Positions 1 through 11,268 of a stretch of DNA of 64,000 nucleotides are shown one piece after another. The stretch lies in the NCBI RefSeq assembly GCF_006345805.1, contig NC_043026.1, positions 11,569,751 through 11,633,750 of the forward strand, read 5' to 3'. Numbering within the stretch: position 1 is the stretch's first letter; each line of letters starts with the position of its first letter. The notes beneath the pieces are model-generated. The model was not told the DNA's origin, did not search any database, and saw nothing but the letters and a program-made list of their open reading frames with translations. This DNA comes from Octopus sinensis (lineage: Eukaryota). The translations under genes were made by a program, and so were the position numbers.

Positions 1-528
1 CACAAACATGTTCATACAGGAGAGAAACCATATCATTGTGATATCTGTGGTAAATCATTCTCTCAGAGTGGAACCTTAACTAATCACAAACGTATTCACA
101 CAGGAGAGACACCATATCACTGTGATATCTGTAGCAACTCGTTCTCTAAAAGTCGTGAATTAACTATTCACATGCGTATTCACACGGGAGAGAATCCATT
201 TCACTGTGATATCTGTGGTAAATTTTTTTCTCGAAATCAGCACCTGACTGAACATAAACGTATTCATACAGGAGAGAAACCATATTGCTGTAATATCTGT
301 GGGAAATCATTCTTTCGAAGTGGTGATTTAACTATTCACATCCGTATTCACACTGGAGAGAAGCCATATCAGTGTGATATCTGTGGTAAATCGTTCTCTC
401 AAGGTCATCACCTAACTGAACACAAACGAAGTCATACAGGTGAGAAACCGTATCATTGTGACACCTGTGGCAAATCATTCTCTGAAAGTGGTAAGTTAAC
501 CAGACACAAACGTACTCACACAGGATAA
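1..528 (+). CDS. ZNF-1: tandem C2H2 zinc-finger protein, 3' part only (frame open from base 1; 6 complete fingers in window)
   Basis: Frame 1 reads [61 protein letters not shown]... without a stop into the listed ORF 172..528. CX2C-X12-HX3H units with TGEKP linkers; ends HTG-TAA-TAG. Confidence 0.9.
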   Translation, partial: HKHVHTGEKPYHCDICGKSFSQSGTLTNHKRIHTGETPYHCDICSNSFSKSRELTIHMRIHTGENPFHCDICGKFFSRNQHLTEHKRIHTGEKPYCCNICGKSFFRSGDLTIHIRIHTGEKPYQCDICGKSFSQGHHLTEHKRSHTGEKPYHCDTCGKSFSESGKLTRHKRTHTG

Positions 529-715
529 TAGCGATATCACTATATAGCTGTATCTGTGGTAAATCAATCTCTAGAACAAGTCAGTTAACTATAGAGAGTT
601 CATATATTTTCAGCAAAACATTCCGTCAAAAGATTCATTTAACAAAACATGTACTACAGCAGGTGTATCATTGTGAACATTTAGGTTCTCAATAAATGAA
701 GAATTTCTCTTGTAT

Positions 716-924
716 GGTATTTAAACCGGCCATAAGTATTCTGCCTGTTTTATGTTCAAAATGGCCAGATCTGGTCTCTCACACCAACCCTACAATATCA
801 TTTAAAAAATTAACAGCTACCTCATCAAAATCTCAAAGCTACAAGGTAATGCCTGATTAGTTCAAGGCAATGTGGATGAAAAAACCTTAATTTTGGTAGA
901 ATAATGTGAACAGTAAAGGGTTAA
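716..924. mobile_element. piggyBac-like MITE, family P1 (left terminus missing)
   Basis: Ends ...CAGTAAAGGG|TTAA (921-924); body is the reverse complement of the 30713..30935 and 49177..49397 copies. Confidence 0.65.
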
Positions 925-1226
925 TTGTACTTTCTTTGCTTATATTATTCAAATTCCAGCTATTGCCTACTCTGAGTTTCTTTATTTTATTTCTGTGTGT
1001 GTGACATTAAATTATAAAGATGAACTGAACTACTGATTCTTCTACATATAGTTATATGTATATCAAGAGAATATAGATATATACACTGTGAATTTTGATG
1101 AAAAATAAATCTGTTGTCATTAAAATGTTTGAACATCTTGAGATATTTTTGTAATCAATCAAAATAGATTCTTCATTAGATGTTTGATATGCTACATGTG
1201 TCATTATTGGTGCAAATATATGGCCA

Positions 1227-1503
1227 CACCTTTTTTTGTTTTGTTTGTTCCTTCTTGAGCTATGCTTGGCTCATAAGGGCCGGTTTCTTGGCGTATAGGT
1301 TCCCCACCTGGATGGGATGCCGGCCTGTCGCAGGTGAGCTGCAAGATGCAGGAGGAAAGAGTCAGAAGATGTTCGTCATAACCATCTGCCGGAGCTATGT
1401 GGAGCTTAGGTGTTTCGCTCATAAACACACACATCACCTGGTCTGAGATTCGAACCCGCGATCCCTCGACCGCGAGTCCGCTGCTCTAACCACTAGGCCA
1501 CAC
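1227..1503 (-). mobile_element. tRNA-derived SINE, family D, with RTE-like (ACAA)n tail
   Basis: Minus strand starts TGGCCTAGTGGTTAGAGCAGCGGACTCGCGG...GGGTTCGAATC (A and B boxes) and ends CCTTATGAGCC...GAAGGAACAAACAAAACAAAAAAAG. Head is shared with 41176..41545. Confidence 0.75.
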
Positions 1504-1811
1504 CTTTGGGTACAAGCATTTATATATATAGGTCTTTGTCTATATGTTCATGTGTGTGATTGTGCATGTGTACCTATCCATCTCCTTCACATATTCTCTC
1601 TCTCTCTTTCTCTCCCCTGCAGACACACATTCTATTTCTTCCTTTTTGTGTGCAGTGGTGAGTTTGCATGAATATATATGTATGAAACAATGTGTTTGTG
1701 TATTTATGTATAAGACATACATACTCATAAAATTTTATGCATCTGCATGAAACGCCTAAGAATCTAGGAGGATACCTCTACATTTTAGCTTGTGAAGAGA
1801 CGGTATATCAT

Positions 1812-2095
1812 AATCATCGTTTAACGTCTGCTTTCCATGGTTTGACCGAGGACTGGTGAGCCAGATAGCTGCACCAGGCTCCAATCTGATCTGGCAGAGT
1901 TTCTACAGCTGGATGCCCTTCCTAACACCAACCACTCTGAGAGTGTAGTGGGTGCTTTTACGTGCCACCGGCACAAGGGCCAGTCAGGCGGTACTGGCAA
2001 CGGCCATGCTCAAATGGTGTTTTTATGTGCCACCTGCACAGGAGCCAGTCTAGCGACACTGGCAACGACCTCGCTCAAATGTTGTTTTTCATGTG
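1812..2095 (-). mobile_element. SINE-like family C ((GAT)n tail), partial copy
   Basis: CATCATCGTTTAACGTC tail and GGATGCCCTTCCTAACACAACC core, same as the 32808..33385 copy. Confidence 0.8.
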
Positions 2096-2444
2096 GAGTT
2101 GGCACATTCCTTACTCTCTTCTGTTCTAGCACGAATCACATAATATGAACCTTTAACCATCAATGCCAACTGGCTTATTCTCCAGCCAACTACCGACCAA
2201 CTTATTTTCACTAGTTATGAAACAATCACGTTTGTGAACCTTTTACTATTTCACATGCACTTTTTGCAAAAGTATAGTTATATATAAAAACTTATCTTTG
2301 ACTGAATGTTATTTGTCACGCCAATGTACAACACAAAAAAGAAAAATGGATTCATGTTGAACTCCTAACTAAAAGTCCCTCAACATTAACAAGCCGTCCT
2401 GGACCGTCAGCAGTAAAAAAAACTCCCAAAATATTACCTTAGGT

Positions 2445-2875
2445 AGTTAGTTAGTTAGTTAGTTAATTTGGCTCAAAAGCAAATAGCAAGGCCATGGAGT
2501 TAAGTACAGGGTGGTGTTCATGTAAAGAGTTCAGGCCACTTGAGGTCAAGGGAGGCTTTGAACCGAGCGGTCGTCGGCATCTTCACCATCTCGTCTGGCA
2601 GCTTGTTCCACGGATCCGCAACCCGGACGGAGAAAGCTCCTCTCCTTCGATTGAAATGAAATCGTCGCAGGTAGAGCTTTTCGGAGTGACCCCGCAGCCG
2701 ATGCTCTGGAGCAGGAGTGAAGAACAGCTCTTTCGAGAGGTTACACTTTCTGCTTATGATGTTGTGGGCGAGAATGAGATCACCACGGCGGCGGCGTTTT
2801 TCAAGAGAATAAAGGTCAAGCGTCCTCAGCCTTTCTTTGTAGGACAAATTTTTGAGACCATGAACCATGCGGGTA
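2445..2875 (-). mobile_element. CR1-type LINE 3' end (ORF2 C-terminus plus (TAAC)n tail), 5'-truncated
   Basis: ORF 2518..2868: YKERLRTLDLYSLEKRRRRGDLI...RLRGHSEKL...FSVRVADPWNKLP, a typical CR1 ORF2 C-terminus, followed by a short UTR and TAAC repeats at about 2445-2465. Confidence 0.85.
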
Positions 2876-2964
2876 TGTGTTTTTCACTCTGTTTCACTAC
2901 CACTGCATTTCAAAACATGATTCATCTTAATATATTACCTTCTGCCTTCCATCCAGCATGAATG

Positions 2965-3360
2965 TGTGTCCAATGCAGACGTTTCTTTCATAACAGCAGT
3001 CAATAAATGTCTATGTACCAGCTTTCTGGCACGTCTGCTAACTCCAAGGAACCTTCGTCAGACAGTTGAAGAGGAAACATTCACACCTGCTGAAGCCAAA
3101 TCTCCCTGAAGGTCATTACTGGTTATTCTTGGATCCTTCATGCTATTTCTGATCAACACCTTGTCATCGTATGGTGTTGTCTTGCGCCGTCTTCCACATC
3201 TTCTTAGGCGCAGTGTTGCTTGTATACCAGTGTCTTCATTCAGCTCTCTTCACAATTGACTTTGCTACATTCATTTTTTCAGCACTCTATCTAATACTAA
3301 AACCAGCCTTTTCTCTAAGAGCTACAATATTTGCACCTTTCATGAATTTCAGGGCTAATA
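2965..3360 (-). pseudogene. Tc1-family transposase N-terminal (HTH) fragment, degenerate
   Basis: Hand translation: GANIVALREKAGFSIR*SAEKMNVAKSIVKR ... CGRRRKTTPYDDKVLIRNSMKDPRITSNDLQGDLASAGVNVSSSTV*RRF. Matches the Tc1 GRPRKTT/DPRxT/VSxSTVRRRL pattern, with stops. Confidence 0.75.
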
Positions 3361-3676
3361 ATGAACACACGCAGAAACACAGGAAGAACTCTGGTGTAGC
3401 ACTGAAGGAAATGTTTGAGTGAATTCACAACTGATTAGATGCTTGGTGTCGCCGTAGTGGCACCTAACAAGAAAATCTTCATTAGTCATAGATTGCGACG
3501 TATGAAAAGGTCCTACCCAGATTAATTTGCACACTACTGTGCAAATTATATATATATATATCCATCCCATAAGTTCTGTCCAAATTTTGAATAAAGAAAA
3601 CAAGTGATCAAATGTTATATTTAATTGAAATTTAATCATCAATGTACTTTCCCTGATTATCTATGGCTTCCTTCCA

Positions 3677-3820
3677 TGAGGTCGACTTTGCCTTTCATCC
3701 TTTCGGGGTCGATAAATTAAGTACCAGTTACACACTAGGGTCGATGTAATTGACTTAATACCTTTGTCTGTCCCTGTTTGTCCCCTCTATGTTTAGCCCC
3801 TTGTAGGTAATAAAGAAATA
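3677..3820 (+). mobile_element. SINE family A, 5'-truncated
   Basis: GTCGACTTTGCCTTTCATCCTTTCGGGGTCGATAAATTAAGTACCAG core and AAAGAAATA end. Confidence 0.85.
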
Positions 3821-3824
3821 TATT

Positions 3825-4090
3825 TACAAGCTTTTTAATCCCTTCCATGTAAAACTGTTTTGGATTCAAAGCGAAGAACTCTGAAATGTCAGTTTTGATC
3901 ACCTCCTGGCTTGCAAAAGTTATGTTCCCCAAACGATTCTGTAAACTACGAAACAAATGGTAGTCTGAAGGAGCAAGGTCGGAAGAATAATGTGGATGAA
4001 GAATTTTGTCCCAACCAAGTTCTTTGATCTTTGCAGTGTGGGGTCATGCATTATCCTGATGAAACATCACTCCTTTTCGATTCACTAAAT
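3825..4090 (-). pseudogene. mariner transposase C-terminal fragment
   Basis: Minus strand: NRKGVMFHQDNA*PHTAKIKELGWDKILHPHYSSDLAPSDYHLFRSLQN..., containing the HDNARPH and YSPDLAPSD motifs of D,D34D mariners. Confidence 0.85.
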
Positions 4091-4094
4091 CGTT

Positions 4095-4280
4095 TAACAT
4101 CTGCTTTCCATGCTAGCATGGGTTGGATGGTTTGACTGGGGTCTGGGAAGCCAGGAGGCTGCACCAGGCTGATCTGGCAGTTTCTACAGCTGGATGCCAT
4201 TCCTAACACCAACCACTTCGTGAGTGTAGTGGGTGCTTTTTACGTGCCAGAGGAGGCTGGCAACGGCTTTTTATGTGCCA
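4095..4280 (-). mobile_element. SINE-like family C fragment
   Basis: CGTTTAACATCTGCTTTCCATGCTAGCATGGG...GGATGCCATTCCTAACACCAACC. Confidence 0.75.
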
Positions 4281-4454
4281 CCCTCTTCTTGTTAGGGATT
4301 CTAGTCTGTAATATTACTTTATTCAATTATACGTCTGCCCTACTCTTCCCTTTTAAATTCCTCTTTATTCATTTCTTTCTTTTTATTTATATGCCTTTTG
4401 TTTTATTGTCTCTTCCATCTCTCTTTCTCTTCCCCTCATCTTTTGTACCTAGGA

Positions 4455-4543
4455 TACTTCCTTACTGAAGAATGTGCAATGTCTCAGTAGCAGACTTCCC
4501 AAGTTTAATGCACATTGGCTCTTTGTTCCAACTTCCTGTCCAT
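4455..4543 (-). pseudogene. mariner transposase N-terminal relic
   Basis: MDRKLEQRANV/(frameshift)IKLGKSATETLHILQ*, resembling the mariner N-terminal EQRANIKFCxKLGKSATET motif. Confidence 0.5.
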
Positions 4544-5171
4544 GACAAAATCACAGACTACAGCATACACGTAATCACAAAAATATAAATTTCACAACTT
4601 ACAAAGTAAACAGTGATATCACTTAGTACAGTCTCATGAATGTCACTGCCAACTTTCACTACCCACGCAACTGTGTGCTGCCACTTGTTGGCATGTAGCA
4701 GAACTAGTCTGAGAATACTAGATACCACCTTGTAGAACTTAGTCTTTGCTCAGTAAATTCTGAGGCCCCTTGATTCCAGGTTTTGCTTCCACACCTGGAA
4801 TTTCTTCTTTAATTTCATTGTAGATTCAACAACATAAAGAAGCTCCCATTGGTAATCAGTCTTAACGCTTTCATTAATATATTTTTAACCAAAATACACC
4901 CCCTATGGGTTTCAATTAAGTTCTAATATAATTGTAAATTTAGAATGATTTCATTAGGCACTTCTAAGTTTTTTATTTATTAACATATTATTGTGATTTT
5001 TGGAACACAATTTAACAAGAGGTTCTTAAACAAATCTAATCCATAATTTTTCTCTCAAGGCGACTCTAATTACAGGTGAATGCAGATAAATTAAACTAAG
5101 CATGAAATTATTTCAATTTTCTTTAAACATCAGTAAAGAAAATTAGTTATTAGCTAATATTCAACTGGGTA

Positions 5172-5370
5172 TAAGGTGCTAAGCTGGCAGAAACGTTAGC
5201 ACGCCCGGTGAAATGCTTAGCAGTATTTCATCTGTCTTTATGTGTTGAGTTCAAATTCTGCTGAGGTCGACTTTGCCTTTCATCCTTTTCGGGTTGATGT
5301 ATTAAGTTGTGTACTGGAGTCGATCCTATCGACTGGCCTCCTCCCTCAAAATTTTGGGCCTTGTGCCTGG
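5172..5370 (+). mobile_element. SINE family A, divergent subfamily
   Basis: GCTGGCAGAAACGTTAGCAC head, GAGTTCAAAT B box and central core; 3' part differs from the young copies. Confidence 0.7.
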
Positions 5371-5837
5371 ACAGGCTGTTGAAGCGGATTTCGAATGTGC
5401 ATTCTGCAAACTTTCATTATGTAGTGTGGGGTGCTTTACAAGGTACCATGATTGAAACATTGTGTGTGGTTTGTATATACAGGGTTTCTGTCAAATTATT
5501 TCTCTATGCTGACACAGATACAATAAAAAAAAATCTAAAGAGTTAAAAGAAGTAACTCAGAGTAAGCACTAGAATGAATTTGGACAATAGTAGGAAATCA
5601 AGTTATGTTAAAAACAAAACAAAATAAATTCATCATTTATTTACACCATTATTGACATAGTTATTGTAGTATATGAATACCTATTTATTTTGTTAAATGA
5701 ATCCTTCAAAAGAATGATTTGCTAAAGATATGCTAATATAGTTTCTCCTAGTATGAATATAGCTTCTTTCTTGTATGATTTTATTTGTGTTAAGCAATCA
5801 TATATTGAAAGAACAATTTACCACAGTGATGTGGTTA

Positions 5838-7211
5838 CTATCTCGTGTGAATATATTTGTGTTTAGTCAAGCGGCTCTTTACATAGAAAGATTTGCCACA
5901 GATGTCACAATGAAATGGTTTTTCTCCAGTGTGCATGAGTTTGTGAAGAGTTACTTCACCACGTCGAAGGAATGCCTTGCCACAGATATTACAGCAATAT
6001 GGTCTTTCTCCCGTATGTGTACGTTTGTGGTCAAGCAGATGTTGGTTTTGATTGAATGATCTACCACAGATTTCACAGTGATAAGGTTTCTCCCCTGTGT
6101 GAATACGTTTGTGAACAGTTACACTGCTGCTTTCAGAGAATGACTTACCACAAATATCACAGAAATAACGTTTCACTCCTGTGTGAACACGTTTGTGTGT
6201 CGCAAAGTTACCACTTCCAGTGAATGATTTACCGCAAACCTCACAATGATATGGCTTCTCTCCTGTATGAATTCGTTTGTGTTCAGTTAGGTGATATTTA
6301 TCAAAATATGATTTACCACAGACATCGCAATGATATAGCTTCTCACCTGTATGTATACGTTTGTGTTGAGTTAAGTTATGATTAAGAGAGAATGATTTAC
6401 CACAGATATCGCAGAGATACGGTTTCTTTCCGGTGCAAATATTCTTGTGTGACAGAAGTTCACTATTTTCAGAGAATGATTTACCACAGATCTCACAGTG
6501 ATATGGCTTCTCTTCTGTATGAATACGTTTGTGCTTAGTTAAGAAATGATTGAAAGAAAATGAATGCCCACAAACATCACAGAGATATGGTCTCTCTCCT
6601 GTATGGATAATACGTTTGTGTTCAGTCAGGTGATGATTTTGAGAGAATGATTTACCACAGATATCACAGTGATATGGCTTCTCTCCTGTATGACTTCGTA
6701 TGTGTTTAGTTAGATGTTGATTTCGTAAGAATGATCTACCACAGATATCACACTGATGCGGTTTTTCTCCTGAATGAATACGTTTGTGTCTAGCTAAGTA
6801 ACTACTTTCAGAGAATGATTTACCACAGATATTACAATAAAATGGTTTCTCTTCTGTCTGAAAACATTTATGTTTATTTAAATAATAATTGAGAGGGTAA
6901 GATTTCCCACAAATATCACAGTGATACGGTCTCTCTCCAGTATGAATAACACGTTTGTGTTCTATTAGATTTTGATTTTGAGAGAATGATCTACCACAGA
7001 TATCACAGTGATGTGGTTTCTCTCCTCTATGGATTATACGTTTGTGTCTTCTGAAGCTAGACTCATGAACGAATGATTTCCCACAAACATCACAGTTAAA
7101 CGGCTTCTCTCCAGTATGAATGTATTTGTGTGTTACTAATGTACGATTGTCACAGAGAAATTTCCCACAGATATCACAGTGGTGTAATTTTTTCCTTTTC
7201 TCTTTATCCAT
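5838..7211 (-). CDS. ZNF-2: C2H2 zinc-finger protein, 457 aa, 16 fingers (two with a degenerate last ligand)
   Basis: The listed ORF begins at GTG 7265. The first ATG (7211, MDKEK...) lies 11 codons before the first Cys, as in the paralogs. Close paralog of ZNF-3. Confidence 0.9.
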   Translation of the reverse strand: MDKEKRKKLHHCDICGKFLCDNRTLVTHKYIHTGEKPFNCDVCGKSFVHESSFRRHKRIIHRGEKPHHCDICGRSFSQNQNLIEHKRVIHTGERPYHCDICGKSYPLNYYLNKHKCFQTEEKPFYCNICGKSFSESSYLARHKRIHSGEKPHQCDICGRSFLRNQHLTKHIRSHTGEKPYHCDICGKSFSQNHHLTEHKRIIHTGERPYLCDVCGHSFSFNHFLTKHKRIHTEEKPYHCEICGKSFSENSELLSHKNICTGKKPYLCDICGKSFSLNHNLTQHKRIHTGEKLYHCDVCGKSYFDKYHLTEHKRIHTGEKPYHCEVCGKSFTGSGNFATHKRVHTGVKRYFCDICGKSFSESSSVTVHKRIHTGEKPYHCEICGRSFNQNQHLLDHKRTHTGERPYCCNICGKAFLRRGEVTLHKLMHTGEKPFHCDICGKSFYVKSRLTKHKYIHTR

Positions 7212-7596
7212 GCCTCTATGCAAATCAATACTTTTCAATTGTATTTTATATCTAAACTTATTCACACATCATTCAACTTCCATTGTTTATTTTCTCTCTT
7301 GACAATATAGAGATGTGTATCTTCTTTATGTTTCTATACTTCATTCCTATTAAATATTTCTTCTATTGTGATTTTTGTCAATACATGGACTGAATTGTAA
7401 ACTCCTTTTTAAATCTGTCCAAGTGTAATTCATATGCAAAGACGTCTTGTTCACATTCCAGACAATCAACAAAACAATTATTGCAATCAATCTCAGTATA
7501 CAAAAAATATTTGCTTGTCGTTTGGTATAGATTTGTATAACATCTTTCTTGAGAGTTTAAGATGTAAAAAAAATTTTTTCGATGCCGATTGTTATT

Positions 7597-7620
7597 CTGA
7601 AATAGTAGAAAAACAACAGT
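7597..7620 (-). promoter_or_regulatory. Conserved 3' splice acceptor upstream of the ZNF coding exon (homologs at 17139, 24583, 32616, 45131, 51662 on minus; 59168 on plus)
   Basis: Polypyrimidine tract plus TTTCAG| in a homologous context in all seven full-length genes, e.g. GTTTTTCTACTATTTCAG|AATA (ZNF-2/3) and TTTCTTTGTTATTTCAG|ATTA (ZNF-9). Confidence 0.7.
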
Positions 7621-7794
7621 ATAAGATACAAGGGTTACTGAAAATACAAGAGTGGAAACTTTTGTATATTTTTTATAGAAGTAAACTGTAGAACTAAACA
7701 TTAACCTGAACTGTTTCCCACTAGTTTTAAGATCTATATGATAGTGTGTTTTTATATATATATATATTTATTTACGGTGTTTATATATGTTTAT

Positions 7795-8020
7795 GGTGGC
7801 ACGTAAAAAGCACCAACCGATTGTGGCCATTGCCAGCCACCCCTGGCACGCAAAAAGCACCCACTACACTCATAGAGTAGTTGGCATTAGGAAGGGCACC
7901 CAGCTGTAGAAACACTGCCAGATCAGACTGGAGCCTGGTGCAGCCTTCTGGCTTCCCAGATCAATGTCGAACCGTCCAACCCATGGAAAACGGACGTTAA
8001 ACGATGATGATGATGATGAT
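7795..8020 (+). mobile_element. SINE-like family C
   Basis: GGTGGCACGTAAAAAGCAC subrepeats, TTGGCATTAGGAAGGGCA core, CGTTAAACGATGATGATG tail. Confidence 0.8.
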
Positions 8021-8249
8021 ATTATAGGCATGAGTCTGTGGTGAAGAGGCTATGTGTGTCAGATTTAGTTCCACTGTGTGGTGCAAAAGGCAGCTGTTCC
8101 CTACATTATTAACCCTGGATGACCCAAAGCCTATGAGTGATTTTCCAGAGAGACAAGCTTGTTGTATAAATCTATATCTACATAGACACACACATATATT
8201 ATATATATCTGTGTGTGTTTGGGGGTATAAATTTATATATAGATATATA

Positions 8250-8390
8250 TAAATTCTACGATGACATCCCTCATGCCGGACTTCTCTCTGATGATCTTAC
8301 TACTAATGTGCTCTCTCAACGAGATTCCAAGCATTGACCTCTCCATGGCTAGGAAATATTGTAATCTCCGAAATTTAGGAATCCGCTGAA
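8250..8390 (-). mobile_element. RTE-clade LINE fragment (C-terminal)
   Basis: LAMERSMLGISLREHISSKIIREKSGMRDVI matches the RTE AMERxMLGxSLRDxIRNxxIRxxTG motif. Confidence 0.7.
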
Positions 8391-8859
8391 AAAAAAATGG
8401 AAAGGTCTGTTTTAGGTGTGTGTGGTGGGGGTGACTGTGCGCCAGGTCCGTCGGAGAGGTGGGTGACATTTCTAAAATTTAAAATTTGATGGGAGGAGGG
8501 GTGAAATTTGAAAAAAAAGGTGTTTTTCTTGCATATTCGTAATCCCCGATATCTAAAATGTGGGAATCTGTAAAAAAATTTTTCATAAAAAATGCATTTT
8601 TTGAGTGGGGAGGGGCGATGTGGGGGAGGGTAAAATTTGAAAAATTTTTTTTTTGTATATTCGTCATCTCCGATATCTTAAACGTAGAAATCCGAAAAAG
8701 CTTTTTTTCAAAAATGCATTTTTCAAAGAGAGGTGCAAACTTGCATTAGCCTAGGGGGTTTGGGACATAATAGGAGGTTAGGGTACTTGATTCGACACAA
8801 AAAATCCGAGTGTTTTTTTTTTTTTTTCTTAGTGAAAATATGGAAATTCAGTCTTGATT

Positions 8860-9430
8860 TTTCGCCCACACATCAAATTGCAAGAATATCGTAATGTACA
8901 ACATTTGAAGGGTATTTAATGAGCGTTATATCTTAAAATATCCATTTTTTCACACTTGTGTAGTTATGTGTCAATCTGTTTAATTCATTGATTTTAGACA
9001 AAAGCGGCGGAGGAAAAAAATAAAAATCTATGTCTCACAAGTAACATCAGAAGGTTTTAAATTATACACGACCAACTACTTTTTACTAAATTAACTGTAT
9101 TATTATAATCTTACCTGTTACGCTACAGGAATTTGTGTTTTAAGTGAAAAAGCTCGAATTACAACAGAATATATTTCAGGACGCCATTTCAATGAAATTA
9201 ATTTTCATAACAGAAATTATAAAATTAGACTCGGAAACACAAATGGCGAAACGTACTTTATTTTTTTAAGCTCAAAGGAAAATACATAGGTATTAAATAT
9301 CTGAAGCAATTGATTTGAAATACGCAAGGTATCACTGTTAAATGTATTGGAATTGTTAAAATTTTTATTCCAAATAAAAATAATAATTGAATTTTGTATA
9401 TTTTCGTTTTAGTATGTTTCGTTTAACCCA
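8860..9430 (-). promoter_or_regulatory. Candidate promoter/non-coding exon 1 of ZNF-2 (block repeated at about 20468..20930 and 25865..26500)
   Basis: The block recurs collinearly upstream of ZNF-2, ZNF-3 and ZNF-5. All three copies keep a CAG|GTAAG donor (exon ends at 9115, 20639, 26031). CGCCATTT (YY1-like) motifs occur in two of the copies. Confidence 0.5.
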
Positions 9431-9510
9431 TTTTGTTGTTTGAAGTTGTGCTGTCAAATCTTGACCCCAGTTGAATGACACAATGGAATGACACAGCGAA
9501 TTACATTTAA

Positions 9511-9721
9511 CCCTCTCGTTACTAACCCGGCTCTGGCTCTGAGTAGAAATGTCTTATTTTCATAAGTTTTGAATTCAAATCTTCCACCAAACCTTAGTCA
9601 CAATTTATGTTCCTAACACTAGCTGAATGATAACGAAGTTATTTTACTAAATTCTTTGTTATATTTAAAATTAATTGAAAGAAACACAGAGCATCTCAAC
9701 AGAAAAATGGTAACAAGAGGG
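9511..9721. mobile_element. piggyBac-like MITE, family P2
   Basis: TTAA|CCCTCTCGTTAC ... GTAACAAGAGGG|TTAA (TTAA at 9507-9510 and 9722-9725). A second partial copy follows to about 9930; an inverted full copy lies at 43546..43765. Confidence 0.8.
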
Positions 9722-10279
9722 TTAAAATATATAATAGAGAAACAATTGGCTCTGTAGTACGGATGTCTTGTTTTCATAAGTTTGGAATTAAAATCTTCCA
9801 CCAAACCTTAATCACAATTTATGTTCATAATACTAGCTAAATGATAACTAAGTTATTTTACTAAATTCTTTGGTATATTTAAAGTAATTGAAAGAAACAG
9901 TGAGCATCTCAAAATAAATACAGTAACGAAAGGACATCACACACTTGTCGTCTCCCGTCATTCATTCAAACCTGGATTGAGACACTGTGGTAATAGGAAA
10001 TATGTCAACAGGGATCTGGACATCGGAGCAAGGGTCTGTCCTACTAAGGACGTCAGACCTGGAGGTAGAAGGCGGAGCTGAGTGAACAACATTAACTCTG
10101 ATGGGTGAGACTCGGGTGACGTGCAGGTGATGCAGACAGGCTGGCTGTAACAGGAGAGGTGGGGGAAGGTTAGCGATCGAGATGGGAGCTGGATGAAGGG
10201 CGTTAAAACTGGCGGTGGGCTTCAGGGCGAGAGGGGATGGCGGCAGGCTGGTTATAAAAGGACGAGCAAGATTAATACC

Positions 10280-10855
10280 TATTTCTTTACTATCCACAAG
10301 GGGCTAAACATAGATGGGACAAACAAGGACAGACAAACGGATTAAGTCGATTACATCGACCCCAGTGCGTAACTGGTACTTAATTTATCGACCCCGAAAG
10401 GATGAAAGGCAAAGTCGACCTCGGCGGAATTTGAACTCAGAACGTAACGGCAGACGAAATACCTATTTCTTTACTGCCCACAAGGGGCTAAGCACAGAGG
10501 GGACAAACAAGGACAGACATAGGTATTAAGTCGATTATATCGACCCCAGTGCGTAACTGGTACTTAATTTATCGACCCCGAAAGGATGAAAGGCAAAGTC
10601 GACCTCGGCGGAATTTGAACTCACAACGTAACGGCAGACGAAATACCTATTTCTTTACTGCCCACAAGGGGCTAAGCACAGAGGGGACAAACAAGGACAG
10701 ACATAGGTATTAAGTCGATTATATCGACCCCAGTGCGTAAATCGACCCCGAAAGGATGAAAGGCAAAGTCGACCTCGGCGGAATTTGAACTCACAACGTA
10801 ACGGCAGACGAAATTCGGCTACGCATTTCGCCCGGCGTGCTAACAATTCTGCCAG
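10280..10855 (-). mobile_element. SINE family A trimer (one head, three bodies)
   Basis: 14-bp TSD GCAAGATTAATACC (10266-10279 and 10855-10868); two internal AAAGAAATA|GGTATTTCG junctions. Confidence 0.9.
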
Positions 10856-10999
10856 CAAGATTAATACCAGCCAAATCTGACGTTGGAAGAGGTGATGGAG
10901 AGATGGGGATACGAGTTAACTGCCCTAGAATGTGATGGCGTAGATGGAGAACGAGAAGACAACGGCTGATAGGGTGTGATGAAATCGTTTAAGCATGCT

Positions 11000-11268
11000 G
11001 GCGATCTTTCGATACTAGTAACATAACTGTCACTTATAAACCACGTGGGTTTATTTACATTTCTGAAGATATATATATATATATATGTACATACATACAC
11101 TGCGTGACATAGTGAGCAAGGGTCACTGGGTTGACATCTCGTGAGTGTACCTTTAATTCAAAGGGTTACAATGCGCAGTGTATGTATGTACATATATATA
11201 TATATATATATCTTCAGAAATGTAAATAAACCCACGTGGTTTATAAGAGACAGTATCGAAAGATCGCC
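11000..11268. mobile_element. Foldback MITE with GGCGATCTTTCG termini
   Basis: TIR GGCGATCTTTCGATAC / GTATCGAAAGATCGCC and about 100-bp inverted arms around a roughly 70-bp spacer; no TSD seen. Confidence 0.7.

Noticed and set aside
2494-2961. 155-aa plus-strand ORF
   Set aside because: Antisense to the CR1 ORF2 C-terminus; no independent support.
3015-3070. CTGACGA...GAAA on the minus strand as a second hammerhead
   Set aside because: No stem II/III pairing; the sequence is the Tc1 transposase frame with a CGA-to-TGA stop.
7269-7271. In-frame TGA at codon 5 of the ZNF-2/3 leader as selenocysteine or read-through
   Set aside because: ZNF-5 has TAA at the same position, and no SECIS-like element was identified. 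A uORF stop is simpler.
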